From assembly GCF_006345805.1 (NCBI RefSeq), contig NC_043009.1, positions 19,096,001-19,160,000 of the forward strand: DNA of 64,000 nt, given 5' to 3'. This DNA comes from Octopus sinensis (lineage: Eukaryota). Below are positions 49,050 through 63,534 of this stretch, piece by piece (the stretch's first letter is position 1; each line of letters opens with the position of its first letter). The position numbers were made by a program, and so were the translations under genes. The notes beneath the pieces were generated by a model. The model was not told the origin of the DNA. It saw only the letters and a program-made list of their open reading frames with translations, and ran no database searches.

Positions 49050-50170
49050 TTTGGGTAACTCGACTGACCATTTCAGGAAATCCGTAACTTGGACATTATG
49101 GCTACGAAGATACTCACAACGACTGGTAACTTCCATATCAGCAGTGACGCAGACAGAATCTATTTTAAATGGAGAGAAAGTAGAGGTAATCGATCAGTCC
49201 AGACAGCCTTTGAGCGCCGGATCATAACACTTAGGCAACATTTATTGAGACACAGATCACTTGATTTTCATAATATTATTACTGTAGAGTACAACTGCAA
49301 TAATATCATGAAAATCAGTTGAAGAACTTCTGAAAAAGTAATCTGAGTGTACAGCCGATCCGTGTGAATCACAGGTAGCTGGACCGATCTACATAATCAG
49401 GGACTTAGCGGGGTAATATTCATCTTACCAGTATAACTACGCTTGCTTACGCATTCCTCAAGTTGGGAGGAATAGCAACCCCTCCTGGATCTGTTGTAAA
49501 TACATCATAGCTCTTCTAGAAGCGTCCAACTTTGCTATCCAGGAACAGAAGATAACTTCTGAATACCTGATCAAAAATAAAGGAAATGAAACCAAGAAAT
49601 TTCCATATTTTGATAAAAATTTTCGATTGTGCCGTATCAGTGTTAATATCAACTGTACCACCAACGGCCCAAAAATGTCCGGAAGATAGTACCTTGCCAC
49701 TCAACATAACATTGTCGCTGAGATCAATGACAATGCTACACGCAAGAAGAACTCTTGAAGGCCATACCGTAGGTACACTAAAACCAGAATGTGTCCACAT
49801 CTTTAAAAATAACACTGGTGGAACATTTGAATAAAAACAGCAGCTTGATGTGAGTAAAACAGACTGGATATAATTATATCCGCCGGGGAGCGAAAAGAAA
49901 ACAATTACTGTTGCAGAGAGCAACTCGAAAGATATATATGTCTCGTCAAAAACAGGAGTAAAGGAGAACATCTATGGATTACTTATGAGAATTTTCCAGA
50001 TCTTCTATCAAGGCTTTAGATTTTTATTTGTCATATGTGGAATGGGTTACTTAACAACAGATCTGCATAGGATTAGAAATGCTTGGGTTCTCTAAAATAG
50101 AACAAGGCGAACTCATTCACCGTCTCTAAATGTAATAGATTAGAGATACATTGAACATTTGTTAAAAACA
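49050..50170 (+). mobile_element. Highly decayed CR1/L2-like LINE
   Basis: Faint resemblance to V.PIFK, YRPISL and FLDLSKAFD regions; many stops. Confidence 0.3.
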
Positions 50171-53100
50171 TTTAAGGAATTCTCCATTTCAGGTTCGTTG
50201 GTTTAAAACATGCACGGAATCGGATATACAAATAGAATACACACGAACACATATAGACAATATTAGTAAACACACTAATACACTGAAATGACATGCGCAT
50301 ACACAGAAATATGCACACACCAACCAATTCAAATAAACCCAAACCCAAAGAGCTAACTCAACTTAAACAAAAGCTCATTGTCACTGTGTTAATGACCAGC
50401 TTGGACATTGAAAGAAAGACTTAAATAAATCCCAAAAGCAAATACATAAATACATACATACATACATACATGCATTCATACATACATAAATACATACATA
50501 CATACACACATACATACACACATATATGCGTGCATGTCAATTTGCATGAATGTATGTTTTTATATATGTGTGTTTGTAATCCAATTTATTCTGTCTCTTG
50601 AAGGTCAGTAATATGTCATCATGCTGATCAAAGTCAACAAAACTTGTGCCCCTTCAGGGTGTGTAAAGAACATTCTTCTCTATGGAGCTGAAACATGAAT
50701 AATGATGAAGGAGTTTCAATGTTCCCTCGTGTAGGATCAAAGCATATCAAGACCAAGAAAGAGATCGATAGAGACCTTCCGCTCGTCTGTTCTGTAAATG
50801 CTCAAAGAATATTAGGCTTTGTTGGCTACATACTAAACAACAAGGCACATTAGTTGTTATATTTTGGATTACCTTCACCCTGAAGGAGAACAAAGACCAC
50901 TCAACTATATCGCTGTTATTGGTAAATTGAGCATCTACCAAGCTTTTGGAAATCAGAGGTTCCTAGTGCAGCATTGTGGGACGCACCCCTGCTGCGGCTG
51001 CTTGTAGAAGACCGAATGAACAAATGTATGCATGAGTGTGTGTATATATGCGCGGGAATAGGGGTGTCTGCGTGTATGTACTAATTATTTTTATTGACAT
51101 AAGCCTAAGTTACAGATATATACACAGCGGTAAGTTAGCCACTGTATTGCCGTCATCAACAGATAAAGTAGTCACGCAAAAATTTACTAATTCTAAACAA
51201 ACCGATGACTACAGAAACAATTTTCTTTTTCGTTGTAAAAATTTAAGCAGCGAATTCTAAAAGTTCGAAATTATTAGTGAAAAATATTTTGAAATCACCT
51301 TTAAGACATTATATCTAATATAATGAAACTAAAATTATAATCTCGTAAACATAAGGTGAATATCTTTTCGTTCGTGCAAATCTTTTTAGAGGAGGGCTAC
51401 ATAGAAAATAAAAATATAAAACTCAAACAAAGATAACAAAAACTATTATAAAGAATTGGACGCAAAAAGATAGAAAGGCTGTAACACACACACACACACA
51501 CACACACACATGGATGTGTGTATATATATATGCGTGTCTGTGTATGTATAAGTTCACACGTGTATGTGATGCATGTGCGTCGCTTTGGTATTAAATATTT
51601 TATGCAGATATAGGGCTTTTTTCCAGAAACCGCAGGAAATTAAACGATGATTTGCTGTCATCAGCGAAAAAAAGAAAAGAGATAGTCTTAAAAGAATATG
51701 TTACTTGAATTCATCCTGCTAAACAATTAAGGGTAAATGGTTGAATAAGTCATAACTTCGAGCAGTCTATTAGCACCGTTTTCTGTATAAGAAGCACTCT
51801 ATAAAAGATTCTAAAGACTAAAATCAACAATGTAAAATGAACTTACCATAAATGGACATTTTAATATTATTAGAAATAGAATTATCTTAAATTCAGTGAA
51901 ATACATTGTTTCCTGCGAAGCATTTCAGTAAAAAATCAATAAAGCTGTAAAGATTTCCTTATATAGTGATAAGACATTTAAATATAAGGAACTAAAACAA
52001 ATGGCCACTTAAAATATATGCAGTATATGCACATATTAACTTTTTTCCAACACAGTCCAGTATTCCTGGTACAACTAAGCATAGAGACTAGCTGGTATTT
52101 TGCTGTCATCAGTAGTACGAAAAGAAACTATTGTAAATTACTCTTTGTATCATAAAATACTACTGGTATACAATCAGTGCAAAATGAACAGAAAGCGACT
52201 GGAACAGAAACAGTAACATCAGGCAATCTATTACAGTGGGCTTTGTGGCTTATAAATCATTTTATAGGGAACTCAAGCTACCGGAAAGAATATTAAAAAT
52301 AATGTAAAATCAAGATGCTTAAATGTTAGTTGTAATGGTTTCAAAATTTGACACAAGTTCAGCAATGTTAGAAGAGGGTACAGTTACTTACATCGACCTC
52401 AATGCTTTATCGACCTTAACGCATAAAAAGCAATGTTGACTTCGGTGAATTTTAAACTTAGATTATAGAGACCCGGGAAGAAGTCGTTACGAACTTTTAC
52501 TGATATACTAATGAATCAGCCATCACGTAGCCTTCATGGGAAAAATAGCAATATTAGGAATAATATCTTGTAAATACACCACTGGGAAAGGAGGGTTGCT
52601 GAATAACTACATTTACTGGATGTCTGACCATCGCTTTTCCAATTATCATACCACTTTATTAAACTCATTAAAACTCCTTACATATTCGTATTATCATTAA
52701 TATTCTGAATGTTGTAGAAATGAAATAGGAAGGAAGAAAATATAAAGTTTATTATATTATAATACAGGTGCTGTAAAAGCAACAATCCCTTTAAGATACA
52801 ACAGAAATTTGCTTTTAATGACAATTAATTAAGAAAAGTCAGTACGATTTCCCTTTCACTTTCCTTGTTTGCTCGGCGCTGGTTGCTTGAGGGTTCTGGT
52901 TATTTGCACTAGCAAATTATGTGTAGATTATGGCTGGCTGAAAAAAAAAGAGCCATATTTAAGAACTCTCAGCACCAAAGCATCTGTCTGAATTGGAAGT
53001 ATATCCTATCATACTTATGTGCCCCATCGTGACTATAACCGCCAGTCTGCTAACTTTGGCCCTCCTATTACCAATACCTGGGAATCCGGCAAATAGTTGA

Positions 53101-53735
53101 ACCAGAGCGTATACATACGCATTCACATATACATACACGTCCTAACACGGACCACATCCATCCAACAGATCTTTTCCATCCCCCAATATAAGACCCAACA
53201 CATATAGTATCCTAAACACACACCACACCAACATAAATACTCCAAAGAATTTAAACAAATAATTTAACCAAAACATAAACAAAAATACACAAACAAATAC
53301 ACGGATGCTTATGCGGGTTGGGCACCTGTTCACCCCCACCATAAACGCTACACATATAGAACCACTTCACACATTCCAATTCTACGAGGACACCGACTCT
53401 GAAAAGCACACACACATACATTTTCCACAAACGCATCTCCAGGAAACTTGTCACTTTGCAACAATCCCAGAGATGGTATTTTCGTGCCAAGGAACATAAC
53501 CCTTAACTTAACCCTTGCTCGGTTTGTTTCGTCGTCTTTTTTACACTAACCACAAACCGGATGTCTTTTCCCCTCCAAATATTGAGAACAGTTGCCATAT
53601 TTTATTCCATAACTGCCATCTCTGAAGAGCACAGGGTTACATAATTGGGTTGTTATCTAAGACTACGTTGAAACCCTAGTGCCACACCGATTGGTAAAAT
53701 CGGTCGTATATATATATTTTTTTCCACACACACTT

Positions 53736-53784
<49 letters not shown>

Positions 53785-54189
53785 TGCATATGATGATATA
53801 GTATTTTCTCTAGACCCAAGTTTGTGTTTCAAATAAAGATCCATAACTGGAATTTTTCAGTGGACGAAACGCAAACAGACACATATGACTGGTGAAACTA
53901 TTTATAGTAAATTATAGACCATTTCCTTTTTTTAATAAAATACGACTCCAACAAAAAAAAAGCATTAAATGTTAATTAAAATCTAGCAATAAAGTGGGTG
54001 CTATAATATTTATAAAAATAGTAATGAAATTATTTAATCGTAAATACAACGAAAATATATTACAATTCTTTCAATAAAAAATTATGAGTCATAAAAATAG
54101 ACCTAAAAATAGACCTTGGAAAATAATTTGGTTCACTTCTCCTTTGTCCCTAAATGTTAAGACTAACGTAGACAACAAATTATTGTCTC

Positions 54190-54780
54190 TTTCAGATTAA
54201 ACATTTCCCAATATATCATAAATTCAGGAAAACTTTTAACAGATGCTCAAAGTACCATACAGCTGCTACCCCAATATGAAGAACATTATAACTCGTAAAA
54301 ATGACCACGTATCTACTCCCAGTTGTAACTGTCGAGACCCTCAAGCTTATCCACTTGACCGGGCGTGTATGATAAACTCCGTTATGTATGAGACAGAAGT
54401 AACGGCAACGCTTCATGATAAATCAATTCAAAAGAAGAATCACATGTTATATGAAGGTGAACTCAAAAAACATTATACAAACCATTTTCTTTCCGATATA
54501 TCGACAAAAATAATGCAACAAAGTTGGCTAACCACGTATGGAATTTGAAGATCAGCTCCACACCACATACAATTAAGTGGAGGATCATGGAGAAATCCAA
54601 ACCGTATTTTGATGGATCTAAGAAATGCAAATTATGCATAGTAAAAAGATTTCATATTCTTCTTAGATCCAACAATTCCAACACACTGCTTAATTCCAGA
54701 TCTGAAACTTTTAGCAGATGTAAACACATGGACAAGTTTCTTTTATCGATCTGGAGGACACCACCCACTCCGGATTGAGT
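54190..54780 (+). mobile_element. Penelope 3' region (GIY-YIG/Cys-rich end)
   Basis: KVPYSCYPNMKNII, CNCR...PL...C, KCKLCI...LLNSRSE.FS.CKH. Confidence 0.8.
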
Positions 54781-55895
54781 TGCTGTCTCGCAGACTTTGA
54801 CATATTTTCTGTTATTTTGTTCTATACCATCTGTATTTAATGTGGTGTCTGCAATGAGGGAGGACGAGCATCTTAGTTTCCTTGATTTTTTCTTATTGTT
54901 CTTTACGTTTTTCACATCTTATATTCCCACTGTCTAATGTCCTTGTTTTTAAAATATACATAACTCATAAACAGCCTGAAAGATTGCTTGCAGATGCACG
55001 ACATATTTTGTAAATATGCCTAGTTAAAGTATCATAAAAGCACGAAATTATCAGTACTTCTTTCGGTTGTGTATTAGATTGATGTGTGTATGTATTTGTT
55101 TGTGTTTATGTGTATGTGTGTATGCATGTGTGTGTGTATGTGTTAGAAAATAAAATGTGAGTGAGATATGTCAAGTGTCTCAATGAAACGATTTCATATA
55201 ATTTATCCCTTCAAACTATTTACAATTACAGCAATAAATGTAGTAGTTCGAAGACTATGCCTAAACAAACCTCAATGAGAACGAAAGTAAATGTATGCTT
55301 CAAATCACCTGATTACACCATTCTTCCGTTTACAAAGTTTTCTACAACCATATTTTAATGGCACACAAATTAGTGGCGTAAAAATTATGGTGAACTGGTT
55401 TCACATGACAAATGAAACTATATTATGATCTGTGCTTTTCAGTAACTCACCTTCCATTACAATCCGCTTGCATCCAGGTGATCGATATTGTTTAACGCTA
55501 CATAAAAAAAAAAATAAATAAAAAGATAAATTTAAATAAATGCCAAAACGTTAAACTTCAGTAAACGCAAATACTAGCAGATGTTATAGTTCCTCTGTTT
55601 CTTTGATATATATTTAATATATATTGATTACTAACTGTAGGATTTAATCTGCGTTAAATCTTATTTAAACTAAAATTATTATACTAATATTTTGTTCCGT
55701 TTTCATATGGCAAAAATGAACATGATTCATTGATTTCTGTATATATGCACGAAACACACAAAATTTTTACCAGCTAATCCATCACGTGCTATCCTACTAT
55801 TTAGATTATAACTTATATATATGTATATACACAGACAGAAACACGCGCACGCACGCACACACGCACACACACACTCGCATACACACACACACACA

Positions 55896-55983
<88 letters not shown>

Positions 55984-56082
55984 AAGATTGAGACGAATAC
56001 CAAATCTCCACGTGGCAGGTTTGATAATAGTTTAAAGATTTCTCTCGGCATGAAACTCATGCTACTCTTTTTAACGCATAAA

Positions 56083-56195
<113 letters not shown>

Positions 56196-56403
56196 GGAGT
56201 AAACACATAAATGTGAAACAAGGTGGAAAAAAGAGTACTCAAATATCAGGGGTAAAGTAATATGCTTTATTTAAAGGCAGCAGAAATTGGGCTGTTACCT
56301 AAGACTACGTTGAAACCCTATATATATATAAATGTGACCGCGTGTGTACCGTCGGCGATTTTTTTCCTCCGTCTTCCCTTCTTTGGATCTTTCCTTTTCG
56401 TAT

Positions 56404-56438
56404 GTTTCTGACGAAGAGCTCCGCTCGAAACGTTAAAC
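56404..56438 (+). ncRNA. Minimal type I hammerhead ribozyme motif, probably in a Penelope pseudo-LTR
   Basis: gttt-CUGACGA-a-gagc(ucc)gcuc-GAAA-cgUU-aaac: both core boxes, 4-bp stems I and II, palindromic AACGUU in place of stem III. Confidence 0.6.
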
Positions 56439-56544
56439 CTTCCTTCTTTCCTTCTTTCCTGAGCGTCCAATAATACTATACTTGTTCCACGTCCTCGCGT
56501 TGTTGTGTTTTCATGTTTGGATTAACTTTATATATATATATATT

Positions 56545-56700
<156 letters not shown>

Positions 56701-56703
56701 TAG

Positions 56704-56872
56704 ATAATAGGACAATCAGTTAGTTGTCATAATAATACTCAGGGTTTCAGATGCCGGGGCTAAAAGACGTCCTCATTAGTTTTTGTCTAAATAACAGATG
56801 AGAATGTCTTTTAGGCCCGGCATCGGAAACTCTAAGTATTATTATGACAACTAACTGATTGCCCTATATTAT
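56704..56872. repeat. About 73-bp-arm palindrome of degenerate hammerhead-like units
   Basis: Arms 56704-56776 and 56797-56872; each carries a C(T/A)(G/A)ATGA...GAAA remnant. Confidence 0.75.
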
Positions 56873-56951
56873 ATAGCTATAGATACATTCCTCTATTTAC
56901 ATAATATCGAGGTCTCATTCTTTCTTTGTTTCCTATTATATATATATATAT

Positions 56952-57191
56952 AAACAATTGCAGCGTGGAAGGTGTTTATAAGTCATTTAAGAAACACACA
57001 AAACCGTTAGATTCACTTTAAATTAAATTTGTCAAATATTTTTGTCGCTTTGAGACCGCGACCTGTTCACTGACAAAGCTTCGTGCTGCATCCTGATATT
57101 TTGACAAATTAAATTTAAATGTTGAAGTGAATCTAACAGTTTTGTGTGTTTCTTCAATGGCTTATAAACACCTTCCACGCTGCAATTGTTT
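56952..57191. repeat. Inverted repeat (about 85-bp arms), MITE or pLTR-like
   Basis: aaacaattgcagcgtggaaggtgtttataag... and its reverse complement. Confidence 0.8.
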
Positions 57192-57523
57192 TCGTTCCAG
57201 CACACTATCTCAGATCAAGTCACTTGCTATGCAGGTACATCTCCTATATATATATATCAATAAATTTCAGAGTAGCAAAAAATTATTTAGAAATTATTTG
57301 CTACCAGTGGTCTAGCGTGAAGAAAAAACTAGTCAATAGACTATATATCATTCATATAAATACAGTGTGCACTTTAGATATATAGATATATATAGGTACT
57401 GTAAATTTAGAGTGAATACTTGATAACTGTAATCACCTGTATATGTCAGGTAGTGACAGTGGTGAGAGAATATATCAAATTTGTGTTTTGTTTTTAATTT
57501 ATATTTGGTATATATATATATGC

Positions 57524-57577
<54 letters not shown>

Positions 57578-57752
57578 GTTTAAATATTTGTTGTGCAAGA
57601 TTTTTTATGTGAAGTCGTGTGTTGAAACAGATATTGTTATATTTCGGAATGGTCATTTTGCCAGTTTAGCCAATAAAAACACACGCACTATATATTTGGT
57701 GTTTCTTTGCTTCAGTGTTATTTATTTTTTACATTAATCTTAATCTTATTTC

Positions 57753-57797
57753 GGCCAGAGTTCTTTCGTCACACTCTTGTGACCGCATCAGTGGTCC
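57753..57797 (-). ncRNA. Variant minimal hammerhead motif
   Basis: ggacca-CUGAUGC-g-gucac(aagagu)gugac-GAAA-gaac-UC-uggcc; core A9 is replaced by C. Confidence 0.35.
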
Positions 57798-58203
57798 TTT
57801 GTTTTCTTCTTTCTTATTTGTGTCTCTCCTTACTAACCGTCAGCCATTTTGTATTTCTATTGTATGTCTTCATTTGCGCATGCTTATATCTCTATGTGCG
57901 TTTATGTTTATTTAGTGTGTGTATGTGGGGGATGCCTGTAATATTTGTATCTTCTGTTTATATATGTTCATGTAATTTGTAATTTTATATGTTCATGTAA
58001 TTTGTATGTTGTTTTTTGTTTTTGTTGTTTTTGTTTATTCTTATTTTGTTCGTGTGTTTACATCCACCTATTATTATCATTACATATGCTTATATGTATG
58101 TATGTATGTAAAAAAATATAAACTGGGACAAGAACGCAAAACATTTAGAAGACGATACAAAAAACTCGGACAGGACATTCGAAGCCTTCAATCTTCAGTC
58201 ATT

Positions 58204-58271
<68 letters not shown>

Positions 58272-58678
58272 AAAAAATGAAGTTCGAAAATGCTGCTGTA
58301 TTATACAATTTTTAATTTTTATATATACATTATAACATGTTTCAGTTCCTGAAATGAACCTTATCAAAAAAAGTTATATATAAAAAGAGACAGCTCATGC
58401 CGTCAAACACAAGAAATTCATTTATAATACACAACGGAGTCAGACATCTTAGAGTTCATGTATAGTTGATATATAGTTCATGTATAGTTGATATATAGTT
58501 TGAAGTATATGTTCAAAGTGTTCGATGCAGTGGCCCACGGTGGCGATACGTATTCAATACAAAAAACAGATCAAAGTGGTGGAAAGCGGTCAATACAGAA
58601 GATTGATGTTTCCGAAAGAGCGAGGAATTCATTTTTACCTTAAGCAATTGTGATGACCCATGGTGGAAGTTCGCTGGG

Positions 58679-58716
<38 letters not shown>

Positions 58717-59153
58717 TTATGTATATATGTATATATATATACATATGTATATATATGTGTATATATACATATATATATCTGTAAATATAATATGTAACAA
58801 TTATTCGGTAGCCATCTTTTTAATACTATTATCACGCATTTGATATTTACATTATTTCTTTATTATCCAGAAGGAGCCAAAACGCTTGATATTCACGTGT
58901 CAGCAATCCAGAAAACATTTTTACTACTCAATACAAAAAACGCTTTTGTACTTAAGAAACACTGCAACAGCGCTATCATCAACATAGTTACAAGCAACAA
59001 AATAAATATAGGTATACCAAAACAGTACACAACCTAAATAAAACTAAATGTCAAACAAAAAAAAATGAAGCAAAGAAAATATATAACTATAGACAATTTA
59101 AAACTGGCTAACATTTCTATCCAACTATCAATAAAGACATATGTAAAGTAATT

Positions 59154-59455
59154 AGCGTGGCTTAGTGGTTAGGGCATTCGGCTTACGATCGTAAAGCCGT
59201 GAGTTCAATTCCCGGTGACGCGTTGTGTCCTTGAACAAGATACTTTATTTCAAGTTGCTCCAGCCCACTCATATGGCAAAAATGAGTAGTACCTGTATTT
59301 CTAAGGGCTGGCCTTGTCACACTTTGTGTCACGCTGAATATCTCTGAGAACTACGTTAAGGGTACACGTGTTTGTGGAGTGCTCAACCACTTACACGTTA
59401 ATTTCACGAGCAAGCTGTTCCGTTGATCGTATCAGCTGGGACTCTCGTCGTCGTA
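59154..59455 (+). mobile_element. tRNA-derived SINE
   Basis: A-box tggcttagtggttagg and B-box gagttcaattccc, followed by the core shared with 5586. Confidence 0.85.
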
Positions 59456-59519
59456 TATCATCAATTAACATAATCATCAAGAACAAAAACAGCATTTCAC
59501 TCGTATTCTAAAATTTTTA

Positions 59520-60400
59520 TTTATGACTTGAACTTATCAGACATTTTTGTTCTATTGTTCGCATCCAAATGCCTCGATGACAAACCAAATATTTTAGGAG
59601 TGGTTTAAAGAAGTGTTCTTACTGAGTGTAAAAGAAAAGAAAAGGGAAGAATGACCTTCCGGAAGATAGCAAGTTGTATTAGTATTGAATAACTGCAGAA
59701 CCCACCCATGGAGCTGGGAGCTCCATAATTTTCTTAAATTTTATTATCTCTAAATGTGACAAACCTTATACAACCTTTGTATCAGGGCCTCATCCAAAGT
59801 TTGAAAATACATTATCGTCGAGATTTCCCAAGTAACCTAGTTAACTATGAAAAAGAACCGAAAATTTCAATTTAAAGGACGGCATTTACGATACCTCTTG
59901 CATGGAATAACGTAAAATCTAAGACTTATCAATGAGAAAGTCGTGGCCGATGGCCATTTTTAAGGTTGAAGAAGGTGCGGTTGATTTTGTGGGTTTTGGG
60001 ATTACACCACAACGCGAAGTAATTAGGGAGATATGTGCATTGTAAAAGACAAAGCAAGGCGTGAATGAAGAAGAAATTGAACATTTGGTTAATATTGATA
60101 GCGATACTCCTATTGCCATATATTTGGATGATAAAGGAAAAATTTTTTATGCATTGATATACAGCATCTAGGGAAACGAAGATGAAAAGGAATCAAAGCC
60201 TAAAGTTTCGTTGAAGACATTGAGAGAGAGGCACCAGATACGTTTATTTTCTTTGTAGAACAATTAACGTACATCAATGTACATGTCGTTATGCAACGTC
60301 TATCATTAAGAATAAATTTCTTCGTGATAGAACAAAGGTGTCTTGGTAAAGTGATATAAAGACACGCTGAGAAAATTTTCGGAAAACAATCCACACTTTA
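59520..60400 (+). mobile_element. pogo/Tigger transposase remnant
   Basis: ASMTNQIF.EWFKEVF, LNNCRTHP, NVTNLIQPLYQGLIQSLK, DFVGF. Confidence 0.7.
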
Positions 60401-62139
60401 TCCACCCTTATGGAGGCTGCTACACCGTCCACAGCTGATGTCGTAGACCTCTTTATCTCACCCCACCCTCCCTCCCAGCTCTGTAAACCTCTCTTCTTGC
60501 CTCGTCAATCCCAACGTTCCTGAAACTTCAGCCTCACCTGTCAACCAGTCTGCCACAGTCCTTGACGATGAACTCTCACAATATTTTTTTAATTTTTTCA
60601 TAATACAGTATAATGTTTAGTGTTTAAACTTTAAGCCGTATAAATAATTTTATTTTCATTACATATTCAGTTTAGCATTTAAGTTGTATAAAATATATGT
60701 GGTAAAGCGAATTGAAGTGTTATAAAGTAAAGTTTTCCTGTTGTTTTTGATTGTTGGTATTTGTTCATATTTTCGTAATAAGCTGTATCTTGTAGTAGGT
60801 ATGATGTAATTATAGCATTCAATAATGACTGCCGCATTTCCTGTATCCTCTTCTTAAATGACAATATTTTTGAGTTCATGTATAATTATCCATTTCTTTC
60901 GACTGATGTTAGATTTGGACTTAAGGTCTGGTAGTTCGTGATATGGGAATGAGGATATAAAGTCATAAGATTTGTCAAATACTTTGTTTCTGGCTATTGT
61001 TAGAAACTGCAAATGATTCGTAATTATTTTCCCTGTAAAATACCTTTCTGTGAAACGTAATTTTCTACATGTGTGGGACATCTTTAAGTATTTCATTGAA
61101 GTATTGTGGCTTTGGAGTGGATTTTATACCTTTTAAGGGAATATAAATTTGATGTATTGAAAAGTTGCTTTTGTTTTTTGTATGAAAGATTATCTCCTAT
61201 CAGCACTTTCCATTTGTGCCACAGGTTGTCGCAAATCGTGTGCACTGAGTCTACTTAATGGTCTTTTAAGTTTACTTCTGTATTCGTTGACTAATTTTTT
61301 GGTTTATTTTTCTAGTATTTTCTGCTAATTTTGTTCTTTCTGTTTTTTAACTCAGTTTCAAAATTAATGGGCTAATTAGCATTTTCCCAATAACTGAAGA
61401 GATGCAACTTCTTCATTTTCGCAGTTTCTCTTTATAGTTTAATAATGTTTTAATTTGGTAAGTTTTCCAACCTTTTTCAAATTCGTCAGTTGATTTATTT
61501 TTTGTTTGTTAGAGTTTGCCTTTAGTCGTAAAAGTTCTTTTTTCCATTTGGAGTTTTCTAGGGAAACATCTTCTCTTTAAACTTTCTATGTTGTCCATGT
61601 TCATTAGAGCTAGGTCAGTTTATAATTTTCTGGGAAGAACAATCTAATCTTCATATAGTTGGGCTTTGCCGTTAGTTTTCAATGTACTCCAAAAGGCAAG
61701 TTTTGTAGGTTTGAAGATTTAGTTTCAACTATATAATTATATATAATTATATAAATGTAGTTTAAACTATATAATTATATTTTATAGAATTATATAATTA
61801 TCAACATATAATTGAAAACATTTGTCTTTGCAGATTAACATTGTTGCTTTCTTATTTTGGTTAGAGATTTAGGTTCAGGATCCCGCAGCATAGTTTCTAC
61901 AATTTTACATAACTGGTTTAACGTTTAATTAACTTCTGCCTGTTGAGTTCCACTTCCTCCTTCCTTAATTTCTTTGGTATGGTTCTGTGTTTCGTCAAAT
62001 TTTGTAGCTAGGATTGAGAGTATGTAGGCGACCTCTTTCAGTTTCTTTGGAACGTTTTCGTTCGTTGTATTAACGCTTCGATTTGACTTACGCGATGTTG
62101 TCGTTCCACGCGTCTTTTCAGTGTGTATGTTAACTGTGA

Positions 62140-62950
62140 TGATCGCTCACATTTTACCCTTAAAAGCTGAAGGTCTTTGCTGTGAAGTGTGAGCAAGTGC
62201 AGTATCTAGACTTTGTTGGTGTACGCCCCAGACTAGTAACTTTCCATTACTTCTCTCAAGCGCCTCAGAACAGCCAATTAAAACTCTTTCGTTCAGCTGA
62301 CAACGTGAAACACACTCATGTTGACTGACGCTTTTCCAACAAAAACAATCTATTATAATACATCGCTTACAATTGTAGCGATTCTCATTGTACGATGATG
62401 GTCCCATCCACTGCAATGACTGCCTTTTCAGTTCGATTTTATAGCCATACACTTACATTTCGTCACTTGTTATGACGCTTTTCAGAAAGTTTTCATATGT
62501 ACCCAAATGACCAAACAGCTCCTGGCTGAAAGTAATTTGGTTCTTTTCAGCTGACACGGCACGCATTTACAATATCACAATGCATCCTCTTTTCATTCAA
62601 ATCATGTGGGAAGAATTTTCAGTCGCCTACTTCTTTAGAAGCTTCACAGGTATCCGGCGACGGTTTCCAGAGATAGCAGTGCGCACTTTTGAAATGTGAT
62701 AGGTAACCGTTGTCGCCAAACGTTGATCACACTTTGAATCGACGTTGGAAGATGTTTTTCCTCATTTGAAACACTGGCACCACATGTGACATGCATATGA
62801 ATCAAGCAACCTTCTCCATAGGTCTTTGGCATGGAGTGGTAACGTTACTATAAAAAGTTTTGTTTCCTAATTTGAAACAGGTTTTCACACAAAAGTGGCC
62901 TTTTCCAAATTTTTCAGCAACTAGTGTTCTAAACAGGTGTTCACTTGACT
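62140..62950 (-). mobile_element. Mariner remnant
   Basis: MYGYKIELKRQSLQW and KTYGEGCL. Confidence 0.7.
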
Positions 62951-63180
62951 TACGTGACGGATTCTAAGGCGGCAATTACGTTCAAAATCAACCACATACT
63001 GTACTGCAGTCGCAAGCATGATGCACTGGATTATCGGGCTGCTTGAAAACATCTGTTTTTCGACAGATTACATATACGCGCGCACACACACACACACACA
63101 CACAAAAGCACACATACCTGTATGTGTGCGCACATGCATGTGTGTGTATATATATGTACTCATACATACATACACATATA

Positions 63181-63223
<43 letters not shown>

Positions 63224-63492
63224 TCAATATATACGTATATATTTCCACGCATACAAAACAGAAATCAATGTGTGTTTGCATATGTATTTAAAAACAATTG
63301 ACACATAATTGTACTATTAGCTATTAATATAATCATAAGTTTATAATGTCGCCAGTGTGTCTAGGTTTATCTACAAATATTTGTCTCAGATATTTGTAAG
63401 TCAATCATTCTTCCAAATTATTCTAATCCAACAGATCTTCAATTTTATATTGATTGTATTTATTTATGTATATATACACATGTGTGTATGTG

Positions 63493-63534
<42 letters not shown>

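Noticed and set aside
52150-52230. Minus-strand signal-peptide-like MLLFLFQSLSVHFALIVYQ
   Set aside because: Stops immediately with no usable donor
60600-62140. Possible Penelope or other retroelement N-terminal region on the minus strand
   Set aside because: Motifs too eroded to classify
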